From the NCBI GenBank assembly GCA_022768655.1, contig JALEQD010000046.1, forward strand, positions 10,437 through 74,436: a DNA stretch of 64,000 bases, written 5' to 3'. Below the pieces are notes generated by a model. That model was not told where the DNA came from. It saw nothing but the letters and a program-made list of their open reading frames with translations, and ran no database searches. Source of the DNA: Anaeroplasma sp. Its GTDB lineage: Bacteria > Bacillota_I > Bacilli_A > Acholeplasmatales > Anaeroplasmataceae. The position numbers and the translations under genes were made by a program. Below, one piece after another: positions 36,079 to 50,782 of the stretch. The stretch's first letter is position 1. The number at the start of each line of letters is the position of its first letter.

Positions 36079-38895
36079 TTATTTAAGTAATGGTTTTAAA
36101 TATTGACCAGTATATGATTCTTTTACATCTATAAGCTTTTCAGGTCTTCCAGCAAAGATAATATTTCCGCCCTTATCTCCACCCTCTGGGCCTAAATCTA
36201 TAATATGATCTGCTAATTTTATTACATCTAAATTATGCTCAATAATAATAACAGTTGCTTTATTATCTGCAATTCTAGAAATAACCTCCATTAGCCTTTT
36301 AACATCATCAACATGTAATCCTGTAGTTGGTTCATCCAATATATATAATGTTTTTGGTGATATTTTTGAATGTAATTCATATGCAAGCTTAACACGCTGT
36401 GCCTCGCCACCAGATAATGTTGTTGAGGATTGTCCTAGCTTAATATATCCCAATCCTACATCATACAATGTTTGAAGCTTAGATTTTATTTTTGGTATGG
36501 CATCAAAAAATATAAGTGCATCCTCAACAGTCATATCTAAAACATCAGAAATACTTTTTCCTTTATATAAAATTGATAATGTCTCAGATTGGAATCTTTT
36601 GCCCTTACATACCTCACAAGGAACAAAAACATCAGGAAGAAATTGCATTGATATTCTTTTTACTCCATCACCCCAGCATGCTTCACATCTTCCACCTTTA
36701 ACATTAAAGGAAAACTTCCCCTTGTCATAGCCTTTTATTTTAGCATCTGTCGTTTGAGCAAACAATTCACGAATATCGTCGAATACTCCTGTATATGTTG
36801 CAGGGTTACTTCTCGGTGTTCTACCGATTGGCTGCTGGCTAATTTGAATTATTCTATCAATATTTTCTAATCCATCAATAGAATTTATTTTTCCACCAAC
36901 AATCTTTTTACTTCCATATATTTTTAGATATGCATTTTTATACAAGCATTCATTTACAAGAGATGATTTACCAGATCCTGATACACCTGTTACACAGGTA
37001 ATCATTCCTAATGGAAATCTAGCTGTTACATTCTTTAGATTATTTTCCTTTGCCCCAGTAATAGTTAGCCATCTTCCATCATAATCTCTTCTTTTTTCTG
37101 GAAGCTCAATTTTGAGCTTTCCTGAAAGGTATTTTCCTGTTATACTGTTAGGATTTTCCATTACCTCCAAAGGAGTACCACAGGCAACAACCTCACCACC
37201 ATGTATTCCTGCCTTTGGACCTATATCGACCAAATAATCACTATTAAGCATAGTTTCATCATCATGCTCTACCACAATTAGGGTATTTCCTAAATCACGC
37301 ATTTCCTTCAAGGTTGAAATTAATCGAGCGTTATCCTTTTGATGAAGCCCTATTGATGGTTCATCTAATACATATAATACACCAGTAAGCTGAGATCCAA
37401 TTTGTGTTGCTAGTCTTATTCTTTGTGATTCACCACCAGATAAAGTATCAGCACTTCTACCTAAGGATAAATATTCTAATCCAACATTAATTAAAAATTT
37501 TAATCTATCACAAATTTCCTTTATTGCCAATTTAGAAATTGTCATTTTTTCTTCTGATAGAGTAAGATTTTTAAACCAAGCATATAAATCCTCAATTGAC
37601 ATACTACATAAATCAGCTAGATTTTTATCGTTAATAAAAATATTTAAGACCTTATTATTTAATCTTTTTCCCTTACATGCCTCACATACTCTTTCAACCA
37701 TGTAGCCTTCAATCCACTCCCTAATCCAATCAGAAGTAGTTTCTACATAACGTCTTTCAAAGTTAGTTATAATACCTTCAAAGACATCCTTTTTATCATG
37801 AATTCTTCCACTAGTTGATTTTAATTTATAATCAATCACTTCATTTGAACCATATAAAATGATTTTCTTTTGTTCATCGGTCAAATCCTTAAATGGTTTA
37901 TCCATATCTATTTTATAATGGTTACAGGTTTGCTTTAAAATTGCATTATTTAGGTTTTCCTTTTCTTGATTTTTATAAGGAATAATAGCACCCGAATTTA
38001 ATGATTTATCATCATCCATAACAAGTCCAGGAGAAACAGAAAGCTTTTTACCTAGTCCATTGCAATCAGGACAAGCACCTAATGGACTATTAAAAGAGAA
38101 TAGTCTAGGCTCTAATTCACCAACTGAATATCCACAATGTGGACAAGCATGTGCAGTAGAATAAAATTCTTCCTTTTCATCACAGTAAAGAACGCAATAT
38201 CCATTTGATTCTTTAGTTGCCATCTCTACAGCTTCAAATACTCTACTTCTTACGCCCTCTTTCATAACTAGACGTTCTATTACAATATAAATATCATGCT
38301 TTTTATTTTTATCTAAACTAATGCTTTCATCATCTAAATCCATCATTTGTCCATCAACCAAAGCACGAATATAGCCAAGCTTTAAATATTTTTGAAAAAC
38401 CTGCTTATGCTCTCCTTTTTGTCTAAACACAACAGGAGATGTAATATATAATCTACTACCTAGTGGTTTTTCCATAATATGCTCAGTTATTTCATCAATT
38501 GACTGAGAAGAAATTGGGATTTTGTGAGTTGGACAATATGGAGTACCAACTCTAGCAAATAATACTCTTAAATAATCATATATTTCTGTAACAGTACCTA
38601 CAGTTGATCTTGGATTATGGCTTGCAGATTTTTGATCTATTGATATTGATGGTGATAAACCATCTATAGAATCAACATCAGGCTTTTCACTTGAACCAAT
38701 AAATTGTCTAGCAAAGCTTGATAATGATTCAACAAATCTTCTTTTTCCTTCTTGATAAATAGTATCAAAAGCCAAAGAAGATTTACCAGAACCCGAAAGA
38801 CCTGTCATAACAATAAGCTTATTCTTTGGAAGCTCTATATTAATATTTTTTAAATTATTTTCTCTTGCGCCCTTAACAACTATTTTATCCTGCAT
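36079..38895 (-). CDS. uvrA: Excinuclease ABC subunit A
   Basis: 938 aa. Two ABC modules (GLSGSGKSSLAFDTIY and GVSGSGKSSLV) and zinc-finger cysteines (CPHCGYS, CEACKGKR). Confidence 0.97.
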   Translation of the reverse strand: MQDKIVVKGARENNLKNINIELPKNKLIVMTGLSGSGKSSLAFDTIYQEGKRRFVESLSSFARQFIGSSEKPDVDSIDGLSPSISIDQKSASHNPRSTVGTVTEIYDYLRVLFARVGTPYCPTHKIPISSQSIDEITEHIMEKPLGSRLYITSPVVFRQKGEHKQVFQKYLKLGYIRALVDGQMMDLDDESISLDKNKKHDIYIVIERLVMKEGVRSRVFEAVEMATKESNGYCVLYCDEKEEFYSTAHACPHCGYSVGELEPRLFSFNSPLGACPDCNGLGKKLSVSPGLVMDDDKSLNSGAIIPYKNQEKENLNNAILKQTCNHYKIDMDKPFKDLTDEQKKIILYGSNEVIDYKLKSTSGRIHDKKDVFEGIITNFERRYVETTSDWIREWIEGYMVERVCEACKGKRLNNKVLNIFINDKNLADLCSMSIEDLYAWFKNLTLSEEKMTISKLAIKEICDRLKFLINVGLEYLSLGRSADTLSGGESQRIRLATQIGSQLTGVLYVLDEPSIGLHQKDNARLISTLKEMRDLGNTLIVVEHDDETMLNSDYLVDIGPKAGIHGGEVVACGTPLEVMENPNSITGKYLSGKLKIELPEKRRDYDGRWLTITGAKENNLKNVTARFPLGMITCVTGVSGSGKSSLVNECLYKNAYLKIYGSKKIVGGKINSIDGLENIDRIIQISQQPIGRTPRSNPATYTGVFDDIRELFAQTTDAKIKGYDKGKFSFNVKGGRCEACWGDGVKRISMQFLPDVFVPCEVCKGKRFQSETLSILYKGKSISDVLDMTVEDALIFFDAIPKIKSKLQTLYDVGLGYIKLGQSSTTLSGGEAQRVKLAYELHSKISPKTLYILDEPTTGLHVDDVKRLMEVISRIADNKATVIIIEHNLDVIKLADHIIDLGPEGGDKGGNIIFAGRPEKLIDVKESYTGQYLKPLLK

Positions 38896-38899
38896 AGAT

Positions 38900-40876
<1,977 letters not shown>

Positions 40877-40942
40877 TTAAGCCACCTCTTTATAGCATCA
40901 TTATTATATAAATAATAGAAAAGTAGATCAAAATCTACTTTT

Positions 40943-41989
40943 TTACTTTAAATTATAAGTTTTAAATATACCAATTAATTTTTCAATATATGTTAATATT
41001 GTTATATCCTTATCCTGCCAAACTCTAGATTTAGCACTATCAGTAAATGCAATGTACCCAAAGTTTCCAGTAGCAAATCTTACTTTTTTTACTAATAAGG
41101 AAATGACTCTATATCTCATCAAATAATTATAAACATTTATATTAACATCCTTCATATAGTCTATATGATGAAGATTTAGCATATTTTGATCTTCAACAAT
41201 TTGCTTAATATCACCCCAAGATAATTCAGTGATATTAACAATATTACTATGCTTTGTCGCAATCAAACTTAAATTTTCATCAAGATAAAATGCACCAGTA
41301 AAGCCCATAACCTCAACGACTTTATCTAGCGAAAACTTCAAAGCTATTTCAAAATTTCTTCCACGTACAAAGGCATCTGTAATATCATTCATAATGTCAT
41401 ATACCTTTTTCACATTTAAAGTATTAATGTTTATGTTTTTATGTAATTCTTCATCATATATTACATAACAATTTCTACCCTTTGATTTGCCTTTATATAA
41501 TGCTTTATCAACTAAATTCAACAAATTAAAAAAATCAGTAGAATCTTTAGGAAATGATGCAGAGCCTGCAGTACATGTAATATAGAAACTATTATCATTG
41601 ATTACATATTCTTTTCTAACAACATGCTTTTGCTGATAAAAATTATTAAAGAATTCTTTAATTTTACTGCGTTCAGTCATTTCAACATTAATAATTATAA
41701 ATTCATCTCCACCTAATCTACCAGCAATGGTTTCATTATCAATATTAGCTAAAATATTATTTGAAAATTGCTTTAGTAATTCATCACCAATACTGTGACC
41801 ATAATTATCATTTACAAGCTTAAAATTATCTATATCTAGCATTGAAACGTAAAAAGGAATATTATTATCAATCAAATATTTAATATAATCTAATATATAT
41901 CTTCTAGAAATCAAACCAGTTAATGCATCATAAAAATCTGGTTTTTTATAATTTTTTGATAAAAATTGATCGACTTTTTCTAAATACAT
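40943..41989 (-). CDS. Diguanylate cyclase (GGDEF domain) with a C-terminal GAF-like domain
   Basis: DALTGLISRRY, DIDNFKLVNDNYGH, the intact active site RLGGDEF, and KALYKGKSKGRN. The C-terminal ~170 aa have a GAF-like pattern. Confidence 0.8.
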   Translation of the reverse strand: MYLEKVDQFLSKNYKKPDFYDALTGLISRRYILDYIKYLIDNNIPFYVSMLDIDNFKLVNDNYGHSIGDELLKQFSNNILANIDNETIAGRLGGDEFIIINVEMTERSKIKEFFNNFYQQKHVVRKEYVINDNSFYITCTAGSASFPKDSTDFFNLLNLVDKALYKGKSKGRNCYVIYDEELHKNININTLNVKKVYDIMNDITDAFVRGRNFEIALKFSLDKVVEVMGFTGAFYLDENLSLIATKHSNIVNITELSWGDIKQIVEDQNMLNLHHIDYMKDVNINVYNYLMRYRVISLLVKKVRFATGNFGYIAFTDSAKSRVWQDKDITILTYIEKLIGIFKTYNLK

Positions 41990-42019
41990 GATTTCATCTC
42001 CTTTATCCTTGCTGAAAAA

Positions 42020-44158
42020 TTAAATTTTTCTTACTGAAGGGTGGTTTCCTTTAAGCTTCTTTATTCCCGTTGGTGATTTAAACGCAACAGTAATAATATC
42101 ATTAGAAACAGAAACAACTATTCCGTCTCCAAAAATCTTGTGGTTTATTTTATCTCCTATATCAAATACTAGTTCCTCATCATTTGTGTTTTCTTCTTTT
42201 TCGACAGTATTAACAATTGATTTTTTGATTTTATTATCAGTATCAAATATATTATAACCCTTAGAAACATTTTTATAAAGTTTTTTATCCATTTCATAGA
42301 TAAATCTTGATGGATTTAGGCTTCTTTGACTTCCAAATAAAAATCTATTTTCTGAATTTGTTAAATATAGGTTACTTTTAGCTCTTGTTATTCCAACATA
42401 ACAAATTCTTCTTTCTTCTTCTATTTCTTCCTTTTGGATACAATTAATAGATGGAAATATTTCTTCTTCCATTGCTACCATAAAAACATTTTTAAATTCA
42501 AGACCTTTAGCTTGATGATATGTTGAAAGTACAACATAATCGTTTAGTTCATTATTATCATTTTCATTATCAGTTCTTAAGGCTAAATCGGATAATAATT
42601 GAGTAAGCTTATCCTCATTAGTTCCATCATAATATTCTTCTGCTTCCTTTAAAACAGATTTTAATTCTTTAATATTATCAATTCTATCCTGATATGTATC
42701 TTCATCTTTTCTTAATGCTTCCTGATAGCCTGTTTCATCAAGTATTATATCAATAAGATCAAGAAGCTTTACGTTTTCAATTTGTGCAGAAATTGAATCT
42801 ATTTTTTCCTTAAAATCCTTTAAAGCAGTATATCCCAAGCCTGAGCCTTCATAAAATTCAATTGCATTATATAAAGACAATTGCTTTTCGTATGCTAGTT
42901 TTTCTAGCTTATCAAGTAATGATGGACCTATTTTTCTTTTTGGCTCATTAATAACTCTTCTAAATGATAAATTATCATATGGATTTACTAATAAGCGTAA
43001 ATATGCTACAACATCTTTAATTTCTTTTCTTGAAAAGAATGATAAGCCACCATAAATTTTATATGGAATTTGATAACGAATAAGCATATCCTCAAAATTT
43101 CTCGAAATATAATTTGCACGGTACATAATCGCAAAATCACGATATGAATCTCCTGAGGCTTTAAGCTCTTTTATTTTATCAACAACAAACATAACCTCAT
43201 CATATGATGTATTCGCGTGATAATAAAATGGAAGATTTCCTTCCTTTGAATTAGAAAACATAACCTTTTTGATTTGATTCGGATTTTTTTCAATAATACA
43301 GTTAGCTAAATTAAGAATTTGTGATGTAGAACGATAATTTTGTTCTAATAAAATAAGCTTTGTTTCTAAAAAATCACGTCTGAATCTATTAATATTTTCT
43401 ATCTTTGCGCCTCTAAATGAATATATAGATTGAAAATCATCACCAACAACAAAGATATTATGATATCTAGCTGACAGCATAAACATAAGCTTATATTGTA
43501 AATCATTAGTATCCTGAAACTCATCAACTAATACATATTCAAACTTGTTTTGAAATTTTTCTAAAATCAAAGGATTTCTTACGAATAATTCGATTGTTTT
43601 GATAATTAAATCATCAAAATCCAAGCAATTTTCCTTTTTTAAATATTCTTCATATTTTCTACTTATAAGGCTAAATACATTATTAAGCTCATAATCCTTT
43701 ATTGAAAAATCAGTAAAATTTTTACTTTTTGAAATAAGATTTCTTATATCCTTAGGCTTGAAATTATCAATAAACTCGTCCTTCATAATCTGCTTTACTA
43801 TTTTAAGTGAATCCTCATCATCCAAAATAGTAAAATATCTATTATATGGAGGAAGATTATCTAATTCCATTCTTAATACCCTCGAACAAAATGAATGAAA
43901 TGTTGAAACCCACATATTTCTTGTATCAATATTCAATTGCTTGGATATTCTTTCCTTCATTTCATTAGCCGCTTTATTTGTAAATGTAACTGCTAAAATA
44001 TTAGAAGGAATTATTCCTAATTGAGATATCAAATATGAAATTCTTGTTGTTAATACCTTTGTTTTACCAGAACCCGCTCCTGCCATTACCATAACAGGTC
44101 CTTCTGTTGTAGTAACTGCTAATCTTTGTGGTTCATTTAATCCATCAAGTATATCCAT
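42020..44158 (-). CDS. pcrA: ATP-dependent DNA helicase PcrA
   Basis: LNEPQRLAV, AGAGSGKTKVL, VDEFQDTN and YHQAKGLEF. Confidence 0.95.
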   Translation of the reverse strand: MDILDGLNEPQRLAVTTTEGPVMVMAGAGSGKTKVLTTRISYLISQLGIIPSNILAVTFTNKAANEMKERISKQLNIDTRNMWVSTFHSFCSRVLRMELDNLPPYNRYFTILDDEDSLKIVKQIMKDEFIDNFKPKDIRNLISKSKNFTDFSIKDYELNNVFSLISRKYEEYLKKENCLDFDDLIIKTIELFVRNPLILEKFQNKFEYVLVDEFQDTNDLQYKLMFMLSARYHNIFVVGDDFQSIYSFRGAKIENINRFRRDFLETKLILLEQNYRSTSQILNLANCIIEKNPNQIKKVMFSNSKEGNLPFYYHANTSYDEVMFVVDKIKELKASGDSYRDFAIMYRANYISRNFEDMLIRYQIPYKIYGGLSFFSRKEIKDVVAYLRLLVNPYDNLSFRRVINEPKRKIGPSLLDKLEKLAYEKQLSLYNAIEFYEGSGLGYTALKDFKEKIDSISAQIENVKLLDLIDIILDETGYQEALRKDEDTYQDRIDNIKELKSVLKEAEEYYDGTNEDKLTQLLSDLALRTDNENDNNELNDYVVLSTYHQAKGLEFKNVFMVAMEEEIFPSINCIQKEEIEEERRICYVGITRAKSNLYLTNSENRFLFGSQRSLNPSRFIYEMDKKLYKNVSKGYNIFDTDNKIKKSIVNTVEKEENTNDEELVFDIGDKINHKIFGDGIVVSVSNDIITVAFKSPTGIKKLKGNHPSVRKI

Positions 44159-44220
44159 AGCTTTTACCTCCTATAATTTTAGCATATCATTTTATTATAC
44201 ATTTTTTATGTCTAAAATAA

Positions 44221-45846
<1,626 letters not shown>

Positions 45847-45865
45847 TTAGAACAGTCCTTTTTAA

Positions 45866-47512
45866 TTACATTTTAAATGATGATTTTAATCCACAAGTAC
45901 GATTAAAAATCAATTTATTTTCTGTTGAATCATAATCAGTAACATAATAGCCATTTCTTACAAATTGATAATGAGTAAGTGGCTTTGTATCCTTTAGTGA
46001 AGCTTCGACATAACCACTCTTGATACTGATTGAATTTGGATTTAATCTTTCCATGAAATCTAAATCCTTATTTTCCTCTGTAGCATCAAGCATTAATGGC
46101 TCAAACAATCTAAATTCAGCAGGTATAGCTGTTGTTGCCTCAACATAATGAATATTACCATTTGGTTTTCTTTCATCAAATCCTGAACCACTTTTAGTTT
46201 TAGGATCATATGTAGCATGAATAGTAGTTATATTTCCTAATTCATCCTTTTCTACACTTGTTGCGGTAACGAAATATCCATGCATCAAGCGTACCTCAAC
46301 ACCTAATGCCAATCTTTTCCATTTCTTGTTTGGCTTTTGCTCAATAAAATCCTCACGTTCAATATAAAGCTCACGTGAAAATGCGATTTTTCTATTACCC
46401 ATATCTTCATTTTCTTGGTTATTTGGACAATCCATATATTCAATTTGTCCTTCTGGATAATTATCAATAATTAGCTTTACTGGATTGATAATAGCGTTTG
46501 GACGTATTGCCTTAAGCTTTAAATCATTACGTAATTCTTCATCAAGGCTATCAGCTTCTACAGTAGAATTTACTCTTGATAAACCAGTAGATAAAATAAA
46601 ATTACGAATAGAATCAGGTGTAAAGCCTCTTCTTCTTAAGCCACATAATGTAGGCATTCTAGGATCATCATAGCCTGATACCTTTTTAGCATCTACTAAG
46701 GCTCTTAAATAACGCTTTGACATTATTGTATTTGTAATATTTAATCTACCAAATTCATATTGATGTGGAACATGCTCCATTTCACATTTTTCAATAAACC
46801 AATCATATAGAATTCTATGATTATCATATTCTAAAGAACAAAGTGAATGTGTAATTCCTTCAAATGAATCCTGTAATGGATGAGCAAAATCATACATAGG
46901 GTAAATACACCATTTTGTTCCTTGTCTATGATGCTTAATATGTAAAATACGATACATTGCTGGATCACGCATATTAATATTTGGATGTGACATATCTATC
47001 TTTGCACGTAATGTTTTTGCACCATCAGGATACTTACCATCACGCATTTCTTCAAATAATTTCAAGTTTTCCTCTATACTACGATTACGGTAAGGAGAAT
47101 TTGTACCTGGTTCTGTTAAGGTTCCACGATATTTACTCATTTCCTCTTGTGATAAATCATCAACATAAGCCAAGCCTTTTTTTATTAATAAAATGGCCTT
47201 TTCATAAGTTTTCTCAAAATAATCAGAGCCATAAAAAACATTTGAAGGAGTATAGCCTAGCCATTTTAAATCATTTATGATACCATCAACAAATTCTTGA
47301 TCCTCTTTAGCAGGATTTGTATCATCAAATCTTAAATTTGTAGTACCAGAAAATGCATTAGCTAATTCAAAATTAGTAATAATAGCTCTTGCATGTCCAA
47401 TATGTAAATATGCATTAGGCTCTGGTGGAAAACGCGTAGCAATTTTTTCTACTCTATTATTATCCAAATCAGATTGCATTATTGTCTTTATAAAGTTATT
47501 TATTTCAGCCAT
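45866..47512 (-). CDS. glnS: Glutamine--tRNA ligase
   Basis: Class I motifs LHIGHARA (HIGH) and IMSKR (KMSKS). GlnRS-type C-terminal beta-barrels. Confidence 0.93.
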   Translation of the reverse strand: MAEINNFIKTIMQSDLDNNRVEKIATRFPPEPNAYLHIGHARAIITNFELANAFSGTTNLRFDDTNPAKEDQEFVDGIINDLKWLGYTPSNVFYGSDYFEKTYEKAILLIKKGLAYVDDLSQEEMSKYRGTLTEPGTNSPYRNRSIEENLKLFEEMRDGKYPDGAKTLRAKIDMSHPNINMRDPAMYRILHIKHHRQGTKWCIYPMYDFAHPLQDSFEGITHSLCSLEYDNHRILYDWFIEKCEMEHVPHQYEFGRLNITNTIMSKRYLRALVDAKKVSGYDDPRMPTLCGLRRRGFTPDSIRNFILSTGLSRVNSTVEADSLDEELRNDLKLKAIRPNAIINPVKLIIDNYPEGQIEYMDCPNNQENEDMGNRKIAFSRELYIEREDFIEQKPNKKWKRLALGVEVRLMHGYFVTATSVEKDELGNITTIHATYDPKTKSGSGFDERKPNGNIHYVEATTAIPAEFRLFEPLMLDATEENKDLDFMERLNPNSISIKSGYVEASLKDTKPLTHYQFVRNGYYVTDYDSTENKLIFNRTCGLKSSFKM

Positions 47513-47577
47513 AATATAACACCTCGCAAAATATAAATCTATTATATAACAAAATATGTTTTTTGTCTATTGACCAA

Positions 47578-48582
47578 TCACATAGATTCAAGCTCTAAAT
47601 TGGCTTTTGCATTAAGCCTTAAATCTGATAATTTTGGATTTTTCATGTATTGAAAATATCCAGCACAAGCAATCATTGCAGCATTGTCTGTACAATATTT
47701 TATTGATGGAATACATACCTCAATATCCTTAGGAGCCTCAGCCATAAATCTTTCTTTTAATCCCTTATTAGCAGATACACCACCAGCAACGATAATTACC
47801 TTACAATTTCTTTTTTCAGCAAGCTTTAAGGTTTTTCTAACTAAAACCTCTGTAACAGAATCCTGAAATGATGCACATAAATCATTAACTCTGATTTCTT
47901 CGTTACGTTGTCGTTGATTATGCGCTAAATTTATTACTGCACTTTTCAAACCTGAAAAGCTAAAATTATAGCTACCTTCCTCTAAATATACTCTTGGTAA
48001 ATGATAGGTATCACATCCCTCATGTGCAAGTCTATCAACATGTGGTCCACCAGGATATGGTAGCCCTACAACTCTAGCAACCTTATCATATGCCTCACCT
48101 ACCGCATCATCTAAGGTTTCACCTACTATTTCAAATTCAAAATGATCCTTCATATAAATTAATTCTGTATTTCCTCCTGAAACTAATAATGCAACACAAG
48201 GAAATTTCATTTCATGCTCAATTGAATTTGCGTAAATATGCCCAGCTAAATGATTTACACCTATTAGTGGCTTATGATACATCATCGCAAATGTTTTTGC
48301 AGCATTAACACCAATTAAAAGTGACCCGATTAATCCTGGTCCTTCTGTTACCGCAACTAGATCAATATCCTCTGGCTTAACATTTGCAGCCTTAAAGGCT
48401 TCTTCAAAAACCATTGTGATTTGATATACATGATGACGAGATGCAATCTCCGGAACAACTCCACCAAATTTTTCATGAATATTTATTTGTGAATTAATAA
48501 CATTTGATAAAACTCTTTTTCCATTTTCTACAATAGAAACTGATGTTTCGTCACAGCTTGATTCAACACCTAATACCAACAT
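47578..48582 (-). CDS. tsaD: tRNA N6-adenosine threonylcarbamoyltransferase TsaD
   Basis: Start set at [14 protein letters not shown] (AGGAG lies 7 nt upstream; the ORF-track start is an upstream TTG). Metal site NHLAGHIY. Confidence 0.95.
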   Translation of the reverse strand: MLVLGVESSCDETSVSIVENGKRVLSNVINSQINIHEKFGGVVPEIASRHHVYQITMVFEEAFKAANVKPEDIDLVAVTEGPGLIGSLLIGVNAAKTFAMMYHKPLIGVNHLAGHIYANSIEHEMKFPCVALLVSGGNTELIYMKDHFEFEIVGETLDDAVGEAYDKVARVVGLPYPGGPHVDRLAHEGCDTYHLPRVYLEEGSYNFSFSGLKSAVINLAHNQRQRNEEIRVNDLCASFQDSVTEVLVRKTLKLAEKRNCKVIIVAGGVSANKGLKERFMAEAPKDIEVCIPSIKYCTDNAAMIACAGYFQYMKNPKLSDLRLNAKANLELESM

Positions 48583-48592
48583 AATACCACTC

Positions 48593-49078
48593 CTAATCAC
48601 TAACAATATTTGAATATGTTAGATTTATAACCTTTGATAAATCCTTAGGATCCATCTTTATTTGTAATCCAATTTTACCACCAGAAAAATAAATATAATC
48701 ATACGATAAAGCTGAATCATTCATAATTGTAACAAAGCTTTTTTTCATACCAATAGGACTACATCCACCACGAACATATCCTGTTAGTGGTAATAATTCC
48801 TTAACATGAATCATTTCAAGAGACTTCACATTTAAAGCCTTTGCTGCCTTTTTTAAATCAATTTCCTTATTCACCGGAATACAACAAACATAATATCTTT
48901 TTGTATTTGATATACAAACTAATGTTTTGAATACTAAATTTGAATCCTGATTTAATAATTCTGCAACCTTAGAGCCTTCTACACATACACCCTCTTCATG
49001 AGGGTATGAAAAAACCTCATATTTAATTTTCTTTTGATCTAAAATTCTCATTGCATTTGTTTTTTCCATAATTTTCAA
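48593..49078 (-). CDS. ybaK: Cys-tRNA(Pro)/Cys-tRNA(Cys) deacylase YbaK
   Basis: [20 protein letters not shown] and [15 protein letters not shown]. Confidence 0.8.
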   Translation of the reverse strand: MKIMEKTNAMRILDQKKIKYEVFSYPHEEGVCVEGSKVAELLNQDSNLVFKTLVCISNTKRYYVCCIPVNKEIDLKKAAKALNVKSLEMIHVKELLPLTGYVRGGCSPIGMKKSFVTIMNDSALSYDYIYFSGGKIGLQIKMDPKDLSKVINLTYSNIVSD

Positions 49079-50210
49079 CTCGCTTAAAATACATATAATA
49101 TTTTGATATTATATTAAATCCCATTCTTTTATACATTTCTAATGGTGTATCATCCATATCACAATCTAATATTACATCTGTACAACCACTCATTTTTAAA
49201 TCTTCAATTGCTTTGTTAAATAATGATGATCCATAGCCATTTCTTTGATAATCATCCAATACAAAAAAATCCTCAATTTTTGCATAATTTTTATAAATAT
49301 AGGTGTGAAGATATCCAACAACTTTATCAGAATCAAAAACCACATAAACATTTATTTTATGATATAGATAATCAGCATCAACTAAGCATACAACATTTCT
49401 TTTTGCATATTCTTCTCCAAAAACCAAACTATCATTATAAATAAAATCTCTTATAAGAGAAATATTATCATCATTTAGTCTTGATACCTTCTTATTGTTT
49501 TTAGACAATATCTTAATTGAATTAATATTTGAATGTAAAATACAAATACGGTCTAATGAATAATCATCCAAATCATGTTTTATTTGATTATTCGAAACAA
49601 AATGATTAAATCCGCAGAATGGTTCAGCTAATAATGGTAAAAGATTAGTTTTTTCATTAACAATATAATAATTATGATAATATTTAGTTTCATGATTATC
49701 ATTAAATACTTTTACATAGTCTTTTCCCTTTTGCCTTTTTACATAGCAATCTAGATACATATTTTCTATATCCTCATAAGGTATAAAGGTCTTTTGCATA
49801 ACTATAGCATTTTCATTATTAGAATAATAATTCTTTCTAACATTAATTTTTTTAAAGCCAAATAGTTCATAAATATGTATAGCTTTCAAATTAGATTCTC
49901 TAACCTCAAGAAATGTTGAAATAGCATTCTTTGAATAAAAATAACTTAATGCATAATTAAGTAATTCTCTACCAATTTTTTTATTTTGATAACTTTTATA
50001 AACACAAAAATTAAGAATTTCTACATCATATCCATCAAACATAGTAGAAATATATCCTACTATCTCATCAAAAATAGTATAAACATAAGCACGCTTATAA
50101 GGATTATAAACACAATCCTCAAGCATTGCCTCACCAAGTGTAGTATTCAAAACATTTTTCTCAAGCTCAATAACATAATCTATGTCACCATACTCCATTA
50201 ATCTAATCAT
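49023..50210 (-). CDS. rimI: RimI-type N-acetyltransferase fused to a second GNAT domain
   Basis: N-terminal ~150 aa are RimI-like (ILNFCVYKSYQNKKIGRELL). C-terminal ~110 aa form a second GNAT core (IEDFFVLDDYQRNGYGSSLF). Located between tsaB and tsaD. Confidence 0.75.
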   Translation of the reverse strand: MIRLMEYGDIDYVIELEKNVLNTTLGEAMLEDCVYNPYKRAYVYTIFDEIVGYISTMFDGYDVEILNFCVYKSYQNKKIGRELLNYALSYFYSKNAISTFLEVRESNLKAIHIYELFGFKKINVRKNYYSNNENAIVMQKTFIPYEDIENMYLDCYVKRQKGKDYVKVFNDNHETKYYHNYYIVNEKTNLLPLLAEPFCGFNHFVSNNQIKHDLDDYSLDRICILHSNINSIKILSKNNKKVSRLNDDNISLIRDFIYNDSLVFGEEYAKRNVVCLVDADYLYHKINVYVVFDSDKVVGYLHTYIYKNYAKIEDFFVLDDYQRNGYGSSLFNKAIEDLKMSGCTDVILDCDMDDTPLEMYKRMGFNIISKYYMYFKRVENYGKNKCNENFRSKEN

Positions 50211-50782
50211 TTTAAGTTCCTTTCAGCCTCAGTTTCCCTTAAGTAATTAGGAACTAATAAATGAGGATTATCTACAATAGTAGCATGACTGATACAAAAT
50301 AATGGATTAACCTTAAAATCATCCTCACTACAGCAATAATCACAATTAATATCATTTAATTCATCATAAGAATACATTCTTTCTTCTTTTAAATACTTTT
50401 CGCTTTCAATATCATATACTGCGCCAAAGCAATTTCCTCTTCTAGCATCAATAGTAGCTTTAACAGTTCCACAATAACCTGATGCCATTAATAAAAGAGT
50501 AGATATTTTATAAAGTGGCTTTTGTTTAAAAACAGCTAGCATCTTACAAACAGCAACAGCCATTCTAACACCTGTATATGAGCCAGGACCATAGCCTACA
50601 ATTATTCTATCTAAATTATCAACTAAAAAATTATTTTGCTTTAATGCCTCATCAATACAATAAACTATATTTTCAGAATGATTGTTTTCACCTTTAAGAT
50701 AATTTTCATATAAAATAACATTATCCTCTACTAGGGCAACATACAAAATCTTAGTTGATGAATCAACAATTAATGATTTCAC
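50207..50782 (-). CDS. tsaB: tRNA threonylcarbamoyladenosine biosynthesis protein TsaB
   Basis: LIVDSSTKILYVAL and GYGPGSYTGVRMAVAVCKMLA. Overlaps tsaE and rimI by 4 nt each. Confidence 0.9.
   Translation of the reverse strand: MKSLIVDSSTKILYVALVEDNVILYENYLKGENNHSENIVYCIDEALKQNNFLVDNLDRIIVGYGPGSYTGVRMAVAVCKMLAVFKQKPLYKISTLLLMASGYCGTVKATIDARRGNCFGAVYDIESEKYLKEERMYSYDELNDINCDYCCSEDDFKVNPLFCISHATIVDNPHLLVPNYLRETEAERNLK

Noticed and set aside
47513-47577. A T-box leader upstream of glnS
   Set aside because: The intergenic space is only 65 nt, too short for a T-box, and no specifier or T-box sequence is visible.
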